From an uncultured Phycisphaerales bacterium (lineage in GTDB: Bacteria > Planctomycetota > Phycisphaerae > Sedimentisphaerales > Anaerobacaceae), in NCBI GenBank assembly GCA_963718665.1, contig OY970359.1, positions 2,336,001-2,400,000 of the forward strand: 64,000 bases of DNA, given 5' to 3'. The stretch's first letter is position 1. The number at the start of each line of letters is the position of its first letter. The notes under the pieces are model-generated. The model was not told the DNA's origin and searched no databases. It was given only the letters and a program-made list of their open reading frames with translations. Shown one piece after another: positions 29,352 to 41,035 of this stretch. The translations under genes were made by a program, and so were the position numbers.

Positions 29352-31187
29352 CTACAGGTCCCAGCCGGCGATTGGTTTTCCGGCCTGGCTTGTCCAGTGT
29401 AAACGCTGGATTTCACGCAGGAGGTCGCCGTGCCGGTTGTTTCGCAGGCAATCGGAGATAATTTTGGCGTTTTGCCTGAAGTAATACTGCATTAGGGCTG
29501 CCTGCAGGCGTTTTTCCGCCCGGCCGCGGGGAATATGAATTTGTTGCTCCCTCACATCCCGTTCACTTACAAACATCGCGGTAGAAAGCGTCAGGGGTAC
29601 CGGGACGAAATCCTGAACCTGCCTTAGTCGCCAACGCCTTTGCACAAGGTATTCGGTGAGCTTAATCGCGTCGTCGGTTTGGCAGCCGGGGTGCGCGCTT
29701 ATGAAGTAGGGCACTAAATACTGCTCTTTTCCCGCCTTACGGGTTGCTTTATCGAATCTTGCCTCGAATTGTTCAAAAATCTCGAAGCCGGGTTTTCCCA
29801 TAAGCTCAAGCACGTGCGGACAATAGTGTTCCGGGGCGACCTTGAGATGCCCCCCGACGAAATGCCTGGTAAGCGTATCTATATAATCATTGCTGTGAAG
29901 CGCAAGGTCGTGGCGGATACCTGAGGCGACATATACGTTTGATTTTTTCGCTCCCGTGGTTTTCCATTTCAGGAAGGCGTCAAACATTTTGAACTGCGAA
30001 TCATAATCGACCTTCATATTTTTGCAGACAGAGGGGTATAGACAACTCGGTCTGTTACAGGCGCCTGCTTTGTCGCATTTCATTCCGAACATATTTGCTG
30101 TGGGGCCGCCTATGTCGAATATCGTGCCGTGGAAGTCAGGATGTGAGCGAAATCTGTCGGCTTCGGCAATCAGCGATTCGATTGAGCGTGAGGATATGTC
30201 TTTACCCTGGTGAAAGTATATTGAGCAGAACGAGCAGCCGCCGAAACAGCCGCGATGAGTAGTTATTGAGAATTGCACGGGCTTTAACGCAGGCACACCT
30301 CCGGCCAAATCATATTTCGGATGCCAGCACCGCGTAAAAGGAAGCTCATACAGCGAATCGAGGGCGGTGCTGTTAATCGGCTCAGCGGGCGGCAATACCA
30401 CGATTTTGCCGGGGTCCTGTTCCTGGATGACAGCGGCGCCGGTGGGATGCGCCTGTTTTTGATATTGGAGCTGGGCTGGCATAGCAAGTGATTTGTCTGC
30501 CTGCTGCTGTAAAAGCGAGGGCAGAGGCACAGCGTTTTCAGGCAGTGGGGTTCTGTTTCTAACGGGATAGGCAGTGCCTGGGATATTGGTCAGTTGGTCA
30601 ATTGATTCGCCGTTGTTTAGTCGTCGGGCGATTTCGATAATCTGATGTTCGGCCATACCGTGAACGAGGATGTCCGCTTTGGCGTCGATTAGCACTGAGC
30701 GTTTGAGTTTGTCTTCGATATAGTCGTAATGAGCTAATCTGCGAAGCGATGCCTCAAGTCCGCCAAGAACGATTGGCACGTCGGGAAACGCTTCGCGTGC
30801 CCTTGCCGAATAGACGAGCAGGGGCCGGTCAGGCCTCAGGCCCAGTTTTCCGCCGGGGCTGTAAACGTCTTGTTTTCGCTTGTTGCCGAGCGAGGCGTAA
30901 TCATTCAGGCATGAGTCGATGCAGCCGCTGGTTATACCCCAGAATAATCGTGGTTTGCCTAACGCCCTGAATGGCTCGACGCTTCGCCAATCCGGCTGCG
31001 CCAGAATCGCGACGTGGAAACCATTGCTTTCGAGAAGCCGACCAATCAGCGCGACGCCGAATGACGGATGGTCAACATATGCATCGCCAGTTATGAGTAT
31101 GATGTCAGGCTTGTCCCAGTCGTGCTGACGAATCTCCTCAGCCGTCGTCGGAAGAAAACAGTTCATATTTTGCGTTAACCTGTTCAT
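29352..31187 (-). CDS. YgiQ family radical SAM protein
   Basis: [35 protein letters not shown] and YFISAHPG motifs. Confidence 0.95.
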   Translation of the reverse strand: MNRLTQNMNCFLPTTAEEIRQHDWDKPDIILITGDAYVDHPSFGVALIGRLLESNGFHVAILAQPDWRSVEPFRALGKPRLFWGITSGCIDSCLNDYASLGNKRKQDVYSPGGKLGLRPDRPLLVYSARAREAFPDVPIVLGGLEASLRRLAHYDYIEDKLKRSVLIDAKADILVHGMAEHQIIEIARRLNNGESIDQLTNIPGTAYPVRNRTPLPENAVPLPSLLQQQADKSLAMPAQLQYQKQAHPTGAAVIQEQDPGKIVVLPPAEPINSTALDSLYELPFTRCWHPKYDLAGGVPALKPVQFSITTHRGCFGGCSFCSIYFHQGKDISSRSIESLIAEADRFRSHPDFHGTIFDIGGPTANMFGMKCDKAGACNRPSCLYPSVCKNMKVDYDSQFKMFDAFLKWKTTGAKKSNVYVASGIRHDLALHSNDYIDTLTRHFVGGHLKVAPEHYCPHVLELMGKPGFEIFEQFEARFDKATRKAGKEQYLVPYFISAHPGCQTDDAIKLTEYLVQRRWRLRQVQDFVPVPLTLSTAMFVSERDVREQQIHIPRGRAEKRLQAALMQYYFRQNAKIISDCLRNNRHGDLLREIQRLHWTSQAGKPIAGWDL

Positions 31188-31443
31188 ACAACTATCTTAC
31201 CACGCTTTGTTTTTTTCTGTTCAAAATTTGAGAGATAAAATGAACAACTGTTCAAGTAAAACGCATGTATTGTATCGGACTATAAGAGAGGTTATTGGAC
31301 GTAAATGGGTTGCCCAGATTGCCTGTATTTCGCGGTCAATTTAACCGTTACGGGCAGTTGTTGCCCAGTTCAAAAAGTGTGTAAAAAAGTGAAGCAATAT
31401 TAAAGAGATGGCCGAAGTGCATGATGTTGACAAGTGAAAAATT

Positions 31444-31580
31444 GTGGCTCTGAAAAATGACCGATACGGTCATAATTAGCCAGGCCTTATTGACCCGACA
31501 CGCAAATCGCACACAAGGCAGATGGTGATTCTGGGTTCAACAAGCAACGGCTAACCTAAAAAAGGCAAGAGCCACCTGAA
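31444..31580 (+). ncRNA. Structured ncRNA, 6S RNA-like
   Basis: Closing stem GTGGCTCT/AGAGCCAC, central bubble, long apical stem TTAGCC..CTTATTGACCC/GGGTTCAACAAG..GGCTAA; followed by a terminator. Confidence 0.55.
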
Positions 31581-31581
31581 T

Positions 31582-31620
31582 AATGGGAGAGCGTCGTTCG
31601 CTCTCCCATTCTTTTTTATT
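31582..31620 (+). terminator. Strong intrinsic terminator
   Basis: AATGGGAGAGCG-tcgtt-CGCTCTCCCATT-CTTTTTT. Confidence 0.85.
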
Positions 31621-31978
31621 GGGATTAAATCACAGGGGCAACAAAAAGGGGAGGCAAGGACTCAGCTTTTCATCATTGACCCTATAGTCGGTCTCGATTT
31701 TGTTTTTATCTGACCCGCCTCCCTTGCGAAAACAACTCCATCGGACCGTGGTGATAAAGAACCACAAAACCGCAATCCGATTATAATGAGCGGCTTCCAG
31801 GTCGCCAATAAAAAAAGAATAAAAATATATTTTTTGGTAACCGACTCGTTTTTTTGTGTCAAACCGGCTTTTTTTCCACAAATAGTGCCTCTACGCGCTA
31901 ATAATATTTTCAATGTATGCCGACAAATATAATAGGACGTTGGCAAACGCGAAATTAAAATACAGATAGAGGTGTGCA

Positions 31979-32329
31979 GTGAAAATCGGAAGTATAGCCG
32001 GCGATATAATCGTTTTCTCAGTACGTGGGGAACCTGACCTTGGAGACGAGCTGCAGGCCATAATTGAGATGGTTGCTGGCGACGTCGATAGTAACGTCAT
32101 CGTCAATTTCGTATGCGTCGATATCATCAAGAGCTCAAGCTTGACTAAGCTGCTCGGACTCAGGCAGGCATTGGTTGCCCGTGGGCGCCAGCTTGTGCTT
32201 TGTAGTATTCATCCTTTAACTCAAAGCATACTGGAAATCACGGATATCAACAGCGTTTTTGCCATTGCCGCCGACAAAGAAGCCGGCGTATCCCTGATTC
32301 GCAGCAACCAGTTTGCCCATGTATCGTAA
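31979..32329 (+). CDS. STAS domain anti-sigma factor antagonist
   Basis: VD.I.SS.L..LL.L...L...GR.LVLC.......ILEIT. Confidence 0.8.
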   Translation: MKIGSIAGDIIVFSVRGEPDLGDELQAIIEMVAGDVDSNVIVNFVCVDIIKSSSLTKLLGLRQALVARGRQLVLCSIHPLTQSILEITDINSVFAIAADKEAGVSLIRSNQFAHVS

Positions 32330-32493
32330 ATCAGGCAATCTGCCGAGCCAGTCCTAAACATACCTAATTTCCGAAAACCTGTTGCAATTTTTGTGATGAG
32401 CGGTTAGCATCTATTTGGCCGGTCTGGCTTAGGATGTTCCACCATGACCGGGATTGCCGAGCAGGGACACATAGGTCAGGCAGGTTGGCCCCA

Positions 32494-32781
32494 ATGGCAG
32501 AAAAAACCCAAAATAAGCCGGGTAAAAGCGCCCCTAAGGGGGACGTCAGCGAATATATCAAGTCGCTAAGCGAGGAGTATCGCATGCTCGTCGTCCTCAA
32601 GGCGCAATTGTATGGCAGAAGCTGGGAGCCAATGATTGACGACCTTCGCAACCGTCTCGTCGGCAAGCCGTATATTTTCAAGCTTGCCAGCAGAATCCAG
32701 GATGATATTGAGCGAATTGAACAAATGCGGAAATTCGAGGCCGACCATAAAGTTGACCTCGCTGATTATGTAGAAGTGTGA
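32494..32781 (+). CDS. Conserved hypothetical protein
   Basis: MLVVLK.QLY..SW..M..DL..RL.GKPYIFKL, a coherent helical ORF. Confidence 0.7.
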   Translation: MAEKTQNKPGKSAPKGDVSEYIKSLSEEYRMLVVLKAQLYGRSWEPMIDDLRNRLVGKPYIFKLASRIQDDIERIEQMRKFEADHKVDLADYVEV

Positions 32782-32856
32782 TAACGCCTCGGTTTTATTG
32801 TCGGGGCATAAAAAGTGTCGTCGGCTCGTAATTGGCCGGCGATGGAGGTGGTGAAT

Positions 32857-33948
32857 ATGCTGAAATCCAGTTTAACACTAATTGCAATAATGATTTCCCA
32901 GATTGTTTTCACGTCGGTGCTTTCGGCTCAGGATGATTCGCAATGGTTGATTCCGCGAGCGATGGTCGCTTCGACCGAGCTTAAAATCGTCTGGCAGTTT
33001 AACCTGCCGATGGCCCAGGGCGAATCACTTAACGACATGCTTTTATGTGGTAATCGGCTTTGCACGTTATCCAGCGGGAATTACCTGTCCTGCATTAACA
33101 AAGCCGACGGCAACGTGATGTTCGCAAATTCCATTGCGCCGGCGGGGCTGCCGGTTGTTGACCTCGAATCATATAAGGGCGAATTGCTTACCATAGTGGG
33201 CAATAAGCTTGTCGAAATCAACGCCGATTTCGGCACCGAGAAGACAAAAACTCAAACAGATACCGGGGTAGTATGCCCGGTTGTTCGCAATGAGTCATTC
33301 TTTTATATTGCCGGCGCCGACAATCGTATTCGCGTATTCAGGGCCGACGACAAAGTAAAGGTTTTCGAGGTTGCCGCGGAGAATAATTCTCGTATAACGT
33401 CGGTTCTGGCTGAGAATGATTTCGTTGTTTTCGCTACAGAGGCAGGTAATGTAATCCGAATAGCCGCCGATAAAGCTGCGAAAATTTGGCAGTTTGATGC
33501 TCCCTCGGCTGTCGTCGGGCCGGTTGTTCACGACGCGACATCGTTATATTTTGCCTGCCGCGACACGTGCGTTTACCGTATCGAACTGTCTTCGGGCAAG
33601 CTGTTGTGGAAATACCAGACGCAGGGAGTTCTCGATACCGCACCTCAGCTCGGCGGCAAACTGGTTTACCAGTGCGTCCCAGGCATGGGTTTGGCTGCGA
33701 TTGACAAGCAAACCGGCAAACTTGTCTGGCAGGTTAAAGACGGCGCAGGGATGCTTTCTGAATCGGGCGATAAGACGTTTGTTATTACCAAGGGCGGGGT
33801 TCTGGTGGCGATGGACAGCTCCAAGGCGAAACAGCTTTATTCGGTCAATGTAGCCCTGCCGATTCAATATGCCGCCAACACGGCTGATTCGAGGATTTAT
33901 ATAGCCGACGCACAAGGGCGAATTGCCTGTCTTGAGCCGGCCAAATAA
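32857..33948 (+). CDS. PQQ-like beta-propeller protein (BamB-like)
   Basis: Signal peptide; repeated .D..TG...W blades. Confidence 0.8.
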   Translation: MLKSSLTLIAIMISQIVFTSVLSAQDDSQWLIPRAMVASTELKIVWQFNLPMAQGESLNDMLLCGNRLCTLSSGNYLSCINKADGNVMFANSIAPAGLPVVDLESYKGELLTIVGNKLVEINADFGTEKTKTQTDTGVVCPVVRNESFFYIAGADNRIRVFRADDKVKVFEVAAENNSRITSVLAENDFVVFATEAGNVIRIAADKAAKIWQFDAPSAVVGPVVHDATSLYFACRDTCVYRIELSSGKLLWKYQTQGVLDTAPQLGGKLVYQCVPGMGLAAIDKQTGKLVWQVKDGAGMLSESGDKTFVITKGGVLVAMDSSKAKQLYSVNVALPIQYAANTADSRIYIADAQGRIACLEPAK

Positions 33949-33993
33949 TCGTTTTGCCAATATCTGGTTGTGATTTTGAAAGGGGACATTCAA

Positions 33994-35604
33994 ATGGATG
34001 TAAAAATCAAAACCGCTCTGATTAGTGTCTCCGATAAAACAGGGGTTGTAGATTTCGCACAAACGCTCGCTGATATGGGCGTCAAAATCATCAGCACGGG
34101 CGGCACCGCCCAATCGCTTGCCGATGCCGGGGTTGATGTTACTCCAATTGAAAAAGTTACCGGCTTTCCTGAAATGATGGACGGACGGGTCAAGACGCTG
34201 CATCCCCAAATTCACGGCGGATTGCTTGCGATTCGAGACAAGGCCGACCACAAGGCCGCGATGAAACAGCACGGAATCGAACCAATTGACCTGGTTTGCG
34301 TGAACCTTTATCCCTTCGAACAAACCGTCGCAAAGCCGGGTTGCAAATTCGAGGAGGCAATCGAAAATATCGATATCGGCGGCCCGAGTATGATTCGCTC
34401 CGCGGCGAAAAATCACAAGTTTGTCGCTGTCGTTACGAACCCGGACCAATATACATTAGTCATTGAGCAAATGAGAAAAAATAACGGCTCAGTAAACGAA
34501 GAACTTCGCGGCGAGCTGGCCAGGGCCGCGTTTGCCCTTACGGCGTCTTACGATGCTGCGATATCGCGATATCTCAACAAAAAAGCGGATGTTGAATTTC
34601 CGGAACGCCTTTCAATTCCGCTCAAAAGAGAGATGTCTCTTCGCTACGGCGAAAACCCGCACCAGCCGGCGGCATTTTATAAGCTCACTGCCAGCGGCGA
34701 ACCCTGCGTCGGTGCAGGCAAGATTATGCAGGCGGATACCGAAATAAGTTTCAATAACCTGCTGGATTCAAACGCTGCTTTCGAGCTGGTCAAAGAATTC
34801 GATGAACCGGCGGCTGTTATTATCAAGCATCTCAATCCCTGCGGCTGTGCTATCGACGATGATATTTGCATCGCTTACCGCAAGGCATACGAGGGCGACG
34901 TAACAAGCGCGTTTGGCGGAATCGTGGCAGTCAACCGCAAAGTCAATATCGAGCTTGCGCAAACGATTATGGAATCATATAGCAGGTTCGGCAAGGCCCT
35001 TGGCGCAGAGGGGTTCTTCGCCGAGGTAATTATCGCTCCGCAGTTTGAGCCCGAGGCAATCGAGATAATCCGCACGCTGAAAAGCTGGGGCAGCCGGGTG
35101 CGCCTTGTTGAGACGGGCGCAATCGATAAAAACAAAATCGACGCAGGTGAATTTGACCTTCGCTGCATAGTAGGGGGTGTGCTTATTCAAAAACGCGACC
35201 TCGTCGGCTGGGAGCCGAAATTACTAACTGTTCCCACGAAAACAAAACCCACCGAGGAACAACTCGCCGACCTCCGCGTTGCCTGGCTTGCCGCCAAACA
35301 CACAAAAAGCAACGCAATCGTCCTTGCCAAAGGCCGTAAAATCATCGGCATCGGCGCGGGCCAAATGAACCGCGTGCAGTCGGGTTTCATCGCTGTCAAG
35401 CACGCGGGAGAGCAGTCAAAGGGATCTGTTATGGCCTCTGATGCGTTCTTCCCGTTCCCTGACAATGTCGATAATGCCGCACAGGCGGGAATCGTCGCAA
35501 TTGCTCAGCCGGGCGGCTCCAAGAAGGATGATGAAGTTATCGCCGCCGCAAACAAATATGGCATTGCGATGGTCTTCACCGGCAAACGACACTTCAAACA
35601 TTAA
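33994..35604 (+). CDS. purH: AICAR transformylase / IMP cyclohydrolase
   Basis: [40 protein letters not shown] and RHFKH motifs. Confidence 0.98.
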   Translation: MDVKIKTALISVSDKTGVVDFAQTLADMGVKIISTGGTAQSLADAGVDVTPIEKVTGFPEMMDGRVKTLHPQIHGGLLAIRDKADHKAAMKQHGIEPIDLVCVNLYPFEQTVAKPGCKFEEAIENIDIGGPSMIRSAAKNHKFVAVVTNPDQYTLVIEQMRKNNGSVNEELRGELARAAFALTASYDAAISRYLNKKADVEFPERLSIPLKREMSLRYGENPHQPAAFYKLTASGEPCVGAGKIMQADTEISFNNLLDSNAAFELVKEFDEPAAVIIKHLNPCGCAIDDDICIAYRKAYEGDVTSAFGGIVAVNRKVNIELAQTIMESYSRFGKALGAEGFFAEVIIAPQFEPEAIEIIRTLKSWGSRVRLVETGAIDKNKIDAGEFDLRCIVGGVLIQKRDLVGWEPKLLTVPTKTKPTEEQLADLRVAWLAAKHTKSNAIVLAKGRKIIGIGAGQMNRVQSGFIAVKHAGEQSKGSVMASDAFFPFPDNVDNAAQAGIVAIAQPGGSKKDDEVIAAANKYGIAMVFTGKRHFKH

Positions 35605-35640
35605 TTGAATCGGGGTTTATCCCGCCAATCATATAAAAAT

Positions 35641-35669
35641 AAAAAGCCCGACGAAGTGTCGGGCTTTTT
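35641..35669. terminator. Bidirectional terminator between purH and metK
   Basis: AAAAAGCCCGAC-gaagt-GTCGGGCTTTTT. Confidence 0.85.
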
Positions 35670-35697
35670 GTGTTTTTTCCATTTGTGGCTTGTGTTG

Positions 35698-36882
35698 CTA
35701 TATGCCGGCGGCCTTGCGGAGTTTTGCGGCCATATCAGTTTTTTCCCAGGTAAATTCGGGGAGGTTTCGGCCAAAGTGTCCGCCGTGGCTGGTCTTCGAG
35801 TAAATCGGCCTTTCGAGGTTCAGGTGCGTAATCATTCCCTTTGGGGTGAGCGGGAAAAGCTTGCGGATGATTTCGCTGAGTTTTTTATCGCTGATTTTGC
35901 CCGTGCCCTTTGTATCGACGAGCACCGAAAGCGGGTCAGCGAAGCCGATGACGTAAGACAGTTGAATTTCGCAGGCGTCCGCGAGGCCGGCTGCGACGAT
36001 GTTCTTTGCGACATATCGCGCCATATAGCTTGCGGTCCTGTCAACCTTTGTGGGGTCTTTGCCGCTGAAGCATCCGCCGCCGTGTCTGCCTTTTCCGCCG
36101 TAGGTATCGACGATAATTTTTCTGCCCGTCAGGCCGCAGTCGCCAGCGGGGCCTCCTATCACGAATTTGCCCGTGGCGTTGATGTGAAAGATTGTGCGTT
36201 TATCGATAAGTTTTTTCGGCAGGACCGGCAGCACAACCTTTTCGATTATCTGCTTGCGCAACTGGGCGTGAGAGATATCCGGGTCGTGCTGTGCGGCGAC
36301 AACGACCACGGGGATATGCGATGGTTTGCCGTTGGTGTATTCGACTGTTACCTGGCTTTTGCCGTCGGGTCGCAGCCAGGGGAGTTTCTTTGTTTGTCTC
36401 ATTTGTTCAAGGCGGGTTGTTATCGCGTGTGCCAGTTGAATCGGCATCGGCATAAGCTGGGGCGTGTCTTTGCAGGCGTATCCGAACATTAGGCCCTGGT
36501 CGCCCGCGCCTTGTTCCTTGTGCAGTCCTGCGCCTTCGGTTACGCCCTGTGAGATATCCGGGCTTTGCCGGCCTATCGAAACCAGCACCGCGCAGTTTTC
36601 GTAATGAAAACCAATTGCCGGGTCATCATAGCCGATTTCTTTAATTGCCTGGCGTGCGACTGCCGGTATATCAACTAAAGCTTTGGTAGTTATTTCACCT
36701 GCCACAACCACCATATCGTTTTTGACCAGCGTTTCACAGGCAACCCTGCTTTTCTTGTCCTTGGCGAGGCAGGCATCCAGGACTGCGTCGGATATGCAAT
36801 CCGCGACTTTGTCCGGGTGTCCCATCGTTACCGATTCGCTGGTGAAAAAATACGTTTGGTTGCCGCTATTTTGTTTTGCCAT
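35698..36882 (-). CDS. metK: S-adenosylmethionine synthetase
   Basis: [25 protein letters not shown] and [14 protein letters not shown] motifs. Confidence 0.98.
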   Translation of the reverse strand: MAKQNSGNQTYFFTSESVTMGHPDKVADCISDAVLDACLAKDKKSRVACETLVKNDMVVVAGEITTKALVDIPAVARQAIKEIGYDDPAIGFHYENCAVLVSIGRQSPDISQGVTEGAGLHKEQGAGDQGLMFGYACKDTPQLMPMPIQLAHAITTRLEQMRQTKKLPWLRPDGKSQVTVEYTNGKPSHIPVVVVAAQHDPDISHAQLRKQIIEKVVLPVLPKKLIDKRTIFHINATGKFVIGGPAGDCGLTGRKIIVDTYGGKGRHGGGCFSGKDPTKVDRTASYMARYVAKNIVAAGLADACEIQLSYVIGFADPLSVLVDTKGTGKISDKKLSEIIRKLFPLTPKGMITHLNLERPIYSKTSHGGHFGRNLPEFTWEKTDMAAKLRKAAGI

Positions 36883-36924
36883 TTTTAATTTATCCCATTA
36901 TTAAAATGTTGCGTTCAATCCGGC

Positions 36925-38124
36925 TTATTGGCCGGCACGGTCGTTAAGCGTCCAGTCATATCTGAGAAATTCAACCGTATAATTGCCTGTCTCAAGATAA
37001 TCGACGTCCTGCGGAGAAACATATTTGGTCAAAAAGTTGAGAATTGCCCTTACGGCCGGCTCCTGCTGCTTGAATTTCAGGTCGGTGCCGTATTTGGCAA
37101 TAAACTGGTTGCCGTACCATGTGGAGTTCAATATCGACGACAGATATACCTTCTGATTTTCCCTGTCAATCTTGAAGGCGTGCTGGCCGGCGAGAAATTT
37201 CTTTACCTGGTCGTCAAACTGCACCGAAAGATTTCGGCCGCAATATGCCTCGTTTCGCAAAGGCGTTCCTGAAACCGAAGCGTATGATATCGCAAAGAAT
37301 GCCAGGGGCTCGCCGAATTCGTTTTGTAAGAACCGCTGGTCTATTTCCTGCAGCGTAAATTCCTCGTTCATCATGATAAACTTGTGCTCATCCCATATTC
37401 CTTTTATGTGCCTGATGCTGTTGGGGGGCCAGAAAAGCCGAAGCATCCTGTTTGACTCTATAGGGTAATTGTCCACGATTATTTTTATGAAGTTCAGATT
37501 ATACCCGTTTATCCAGAATGCGAGCTTGTCGTCTTTTGACCAGGAGTTATATTCATTGCGGTCAAGTTTTCTGAACTGCTCAAGCAGTTTAGCCATCTCC
37601 ATTTTTTTGTGTGAAAGCGCCTTATAATCGACCAATCCGTCCTTGTTCACATATTTTTTCAAAAACTCTGTAACTTGGTCGAACAAATGGGTCGCTGTGT
37701 TGTTTATAGCAGGTGATGTTGGCCGCGATTTTGCAGAATCGGTCTCGGCCTTCGCCGGTTTTGGCGTAACCGCTTGCTGCGTATTTGGTTCTGCCGGTTT
37801 TGCCGCTTGTGCTGTCGGCTCAACTACAGTAACAGTAGTTGTATTTGGTTCAGCAGGTTTTGTTGCCTGCACAGTTGGCTTGGCTACAGGGGCTGCCGGA
37901 ATATTTGGTTCCTGTTGCACGGCCTGCTCGATTTTTACCGGTTCCGGCTTTACCTCAACCGTATTTGGCTCGATTGCCTTTGCGGGTGCTGTTGCCGGCT
38001 GCGGCGTAACGGCCGCGGCAGGGGGATTTGATGGTGCAGCGACGTTTGTCGATTTCTGCTCGCAACCCCAGCTAACCAGCAATGTTACCGTTAATATTCC
38101 CGTCAAAACGATGTTTTTGCTCAT
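36925..38124 (-). CDS. DUF547 domain lipoprotein with Pro/Ala-rich linker
   Basis: Lipobox-like SWGC; GLVDY, LAFWIN.YN and YDW.LN motifs; repeated KPAEPNT. Confidence 0.82.
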   Translation of the reverse strand: MSKNIVLTGILTVTLLVSWGCEQKSTNVAAPSNPPAAAVTPQPATAPAKAIEPNTVEVKPEPVKIEQAVQQEPNIPAAPVAKPTVQATKPAEPNTTTVTVVEPTAQAAKPAEPNTQQAVTPKPAKAETDSAKSRPTSPAINNTATHLFDQVTEFLKKYVNKDGLVDYKALSHKKMEMAKLLEQFRKLDRNEYNSWSKDDKLAFWINGYNLNFIKIIVDNYPIESNRMLRLFWPPNSIRHIKGIWDEHKFIMMNEEFTLQEIDQRFLQNEFGEPLAFFAISYASVSGTPLRNEAYCGRNLSVQFDDQVKKFLAGQHAFKIDRENQKVYLSSILNSTWYGNQFIAKYGTDLKFKQQEPAVRAILNFLTKYVSPQDVDYLETGNYTVEFLRYDWTLNDRAGQ

Positions 38125-38252
38125 ATTATACATTCCATTATTAACACGCAATTTATATACAGACACCAGCCCAAAACACTTAATAATAAAAGAATTGGCC
38201 GATAAATGCAATAGCCAAATGGCCGCTTTTTCTGTTGTTGGCACCAAGAAAC

Positions 38253-39695
38253 TTACCCTTTCAGCACCGCCAGCGGGGTCATTCTGGCCACGGGTTTTGT
38301 CCAGCCGCACTGGGTTACAATCCGGACTACCTCGTCTATGTTCTTATATGCCGCAGGGGCCTCTTCCTTTATACGGCGTTTGTCGCCCGTAATCAGTGTT
38401 ATCCCGGTCATACTCCTTTTGAATTCGGCGTCGCTAATCAGGGCGGCTCCGGCGTTTTTACCGTGCCTGCCCAGACCTGATGCGGCTGTCCTGCTCATAA
38501 CCCGGCCTGCGCCGTGATTCACCGAGCAAAGCGACTCCTCCGAATTGCCCGTTCCCACCATAAGATAACTGGCAGTTCCCATTGAGCCGGGTGTGATTAT
38601 CGGCTGGCCTACCTGTTCAAAGGGGGTTGCTTTCATAAGGGCTGGCCCGAAGGCCCGCGTAGCGCCTTTGCGATGAACCCAAAGCGACTTACCCTCGTGC
38701 GTTTCCAGTTTCGCCATATTATGAGGCACGTCATATACCAATGGCATAGGTGTTGGCCCGAACATCCGCGAAAAGCATCGCCGGACCAATAACGCCATAA
38801 TGTGCCGATTTACGAACGCGAAATTTGCCGCGGCGCCCATCGCGGCAATATACCTTTTACCCTGCGGACTGTTTGTGTCGAGAAAACTGAGCATTTTGCG
38901 TCTGCTTTCCATCTGGGGCTGGTTAGCCGCGACGCTCATATACTCATCCGCAACCTCATACCCGAAACGCCGAGAGCCCGAGTGTATCATTACTACTATC
39001 TGATTTTCAAAAAGCCCGAAGAACTTAGCTAATTGCTCATCGAAAATTTTCTGCACAAGCTGTATTTCGATAAAATGATTGCCGCCGCCAAGTGTTCCCA
39101 ACTGGTCTGCGCCTTTTTCAATCGCCAGTTTCGGTGCTGCTCCCATATCCGCTGGCATTTGACCATTGTCCTCAATCCTTCTTATGTCTTCGGCAAACTC
39201 CCGCTCATCAAATGCCTCCCAGGCCCTGTGTTTGACTTTTTGAACAAGTTTCGGCAGACCGGCAACTCCTTCAGTTGTTACGATTTCAAGCTGGTGCTTG
39301 TCCAATGACAGATTGCTCATTCCTTCGCCGAGCGGTATATCTCTGGCAATCGAATTCGCAATATCATCGGTGTTTATCTGGCCTTTTGTGAAGGGTGTCC
39401 GCAATAACCGCATTCCGCAGTTTATGTCGTAACCCACCGCGGGCGGCATTATCGCGTCTTCAAGGCCCAGAACCGCCCCGATAGGTATGCCGAACCCGAC
39501 GTGAATATCCGCCGTTGCCAAAACCTTTTTCGCGGGAGGCAGACACGCTGAATCGTAAAGCTGTCTTATTGCCTCCTGTTCGATATTTATTTCATTCGAT
39601 GCGAATACCGTGGCATCGACGACCATTTGGCCTTTTTGCTCCATCCGCAGCCGAAAAGGGTCTATCCGAACGAGTTGGGCTTCTGTTCCGGTCAT
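38253..39695 (-). CDS. rtcB: RNA ligase RtcB
   Basis: GYDINCG, GTLGGGNHF, HSGSR, HRKGATRA, HGAGR and EEAP.AYK motifs. Confidence 0.95.
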   Translation of the reverse strand: MTGTEAQLVRIDPFRLRMEQKGQMVVDATVFASNEINIEQEAIRQLYDSACLPPAKKVLATADIHVGFGIPIGAVLGLEDAIMPPAVGYDINCGMRLLRTPFTKGQINTDDIANSIARDIPLGEGMSNLSLDKHQLEIVTTEGVAGLPKLVQKVKHRAWEAFDEREFAEDIRRIEDNGQMPADMGAAPKLAIEKGADQLGTLGGGNHFIEIQLVQKIFDEQLAKFFGLFENQIVVMIHSGSRRFGYEVADEYMSVAANQPQMESRRKMLSFLDTNSPQGKRYIAAMGAAANFAFVNRHIMALLVRRCFSRMFGPTPMPLVYDVPHNMAKLETHEGKSLWVHRKGATRAFGPALMKATPFEQVGQPIITPGSMGTASYLMVGTGNSEESLCSVNHGAGRVMSRTAASGLGRHGKNAGAALISDAEFKRSMTGITLITGDKRRIKEEAPAAYKNIDEVVRIVTQCGWTKPVARMTPLAVLKG

Positions 39696-39865
39696 AAATA
39701 AATCCTTATGCCATATTATACGCCGGGCCTGTGGAATCAGTTAGCGTAAAAACCCGCGAAAAAGGCCGACCAAAACGCGTTTAATCGGCTTGACAAACAA
39801 GCGTCTGCGTGTTACTCTATTGCATTGTGAACAAAGAGGTTGTAACCCTTTAGGGGCGTTTACGG

Positions 39866-40969
39866 ATGACTATGAAATCATTATCGCTTGTCGTCGGCAT
39901 CATATCTGTTTTTTGCGTTTTTTCAGCATCTGTCAGGGCTGTTGACAGTTTGGCTATTGAGGCCGTTCGTGCTAAGTCGGTACTCGATGAGGCCGATTTT
40001 AAGACCATCGATGACTTTGTCGCCAAGGCAGTCGCCGAGATACTGATTACCGAGGACTTCTCTTCGATTTCCAATACCCGTGCCATAATCGTTGCCAATA
40101 GCGCCAGCACCCAGCCAAATCAGACGCAGTTTGCCGAGCAGTTTTCCAAGTCCGCTCAGAACTATATTTCGGCGGCGTTGTTGAAGGCCGAAGGTATGAC
40201 GCCGGCAGACCGGAGTTTTAAGCTTGTTACAAACCTGCTTATGCTTACGGATGCTCTTGCGGATATTCGCCTGGCGGAGGTGGCTCTTAAATACGTTGAC
40301 AGCAAAAATGAGGTGATTAGATACTGGGCCGTTCACTGCGTGACAAATCCGGAAATCACCGAAAAGCTGAATAGCCCCAAGGCCATTGATACTGCCCGGC
40401 AGGTAAGTAAGCGTCTCGATGAAATCGTTGCGACAAGCAGTCCCGATACGCTGGGGCTTATCGCTTCTTTTGCCGGCTCGATTAAGATAGCGGAAGGCGA
40501 GTCGCTTCTGCTTAAGGTAGCCGACCGGCGAATCGCGTCTTATGCGGACTGGACTGTTGAGCGGGAGCTTACGGACGGCAAGATTTTGCAGATACTCGGC
40601 GACAGGATGGCCTCTTCCAGCGCCAGTAAGGAGGCGGTCGGGAAAAGATTCGGACAGTTGCTATCATACGTTTTTCAGCGATATATAAAAGGCGCTGAAG
40701 TTCTTGACGCGGGTCAAAAGGAACAACTCGTTTCCGTTCTTGTCGAGACGGAACAGTCCTGCCTGAGCAAAATTACAGGCAAGCCCCGGTTCAACATTAA
40801 AAAAGCGATTGAATCCGGGGATATCAATGCCTTACAACAGGAGCATAACAACCTGCTTGGCGATGAGACAAAAGCGGGGGAGCTGAACATTAATTACGGT
40901 AAAGACGCCGGCGGAGCCGTGATAACACATCCGCTTGCCCTTGCATCGCCGCCAGCGGAATCGAAATAG
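39866..40969 (+). CDS. Secreted alpha-helical hypothetical protein
   Basis: Signal peptide, HEAT-like segment; TTGACA promoter at ~39790. Confidence 0.7.
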   Translation: MTMKSLSLVVGIISVFCVFSASVRAVDSLAIEAVRAKSVLDEADFKTIDDFVAKAVAEILITEDFSSISNTRAIIVANSASTQPNQTQFAEQFSKSAQNYISAALLKAEGMTPADRSFKLVTNLLMLTDALADIRLAEVALKYVDSKNEVIRYWAVHCVTNPEITEKLNSPKAIDTARQVSKRLDEIVATSSPDTLGLIASFAGSIKIAEGESLLLKVADRRIASYADWTVERELTDGKILQILGDRMASSSASKEAVGKRFGQLLSYVFQRYIKGAEVLDAGQKEQLVSVLVETEQSCLSKITGKPRFNIKKAIESGDINALQQEHNNLLGDETKAGELNINYGKDAGGAVITHPLALASPPAESK

Positions 40970-41035
40970 CCGACGGAAGTTTTAGAACTGAAGGAACGTT
41001 TAAGTTTCGCCAGACATTGGAGGTTTGGCCTTATA

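Noticed and set aside
31490..31580. c-di-GMP-I riboswitch (ACGCAAA, GGCTAA)
   Set aside because: No GGCAAA-stem-GAAA P2 arm; the long rod fold explains the sequence better.
35605..36492. Long antisense ORFs (also 17933..18709, 27051..27857, 33544..34449, 37643..38392, 3188..3925)
   Set aside because: These are shadow frames opposite well-supported genes.
36883..36925. SAM riboswitch upstream of metK
   Set aside because: The intergenic gap is only ~40 bp and contains no motif.
37740..38030. Repeated GTATTTGG(T/C)TC units as a DNA array
   Set aside because: Explained by EPN(T/I) peptide repeats in the lipoprotein linker; spacing is irregular.
22211..39695. RNA damage/repair system (DUF434, RNase Z-like, RtcB)
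   Set aside because: The genes are dispersed among unrelated housekeeping genes, with no operon linkage and no rtcA, rtcR or archease.
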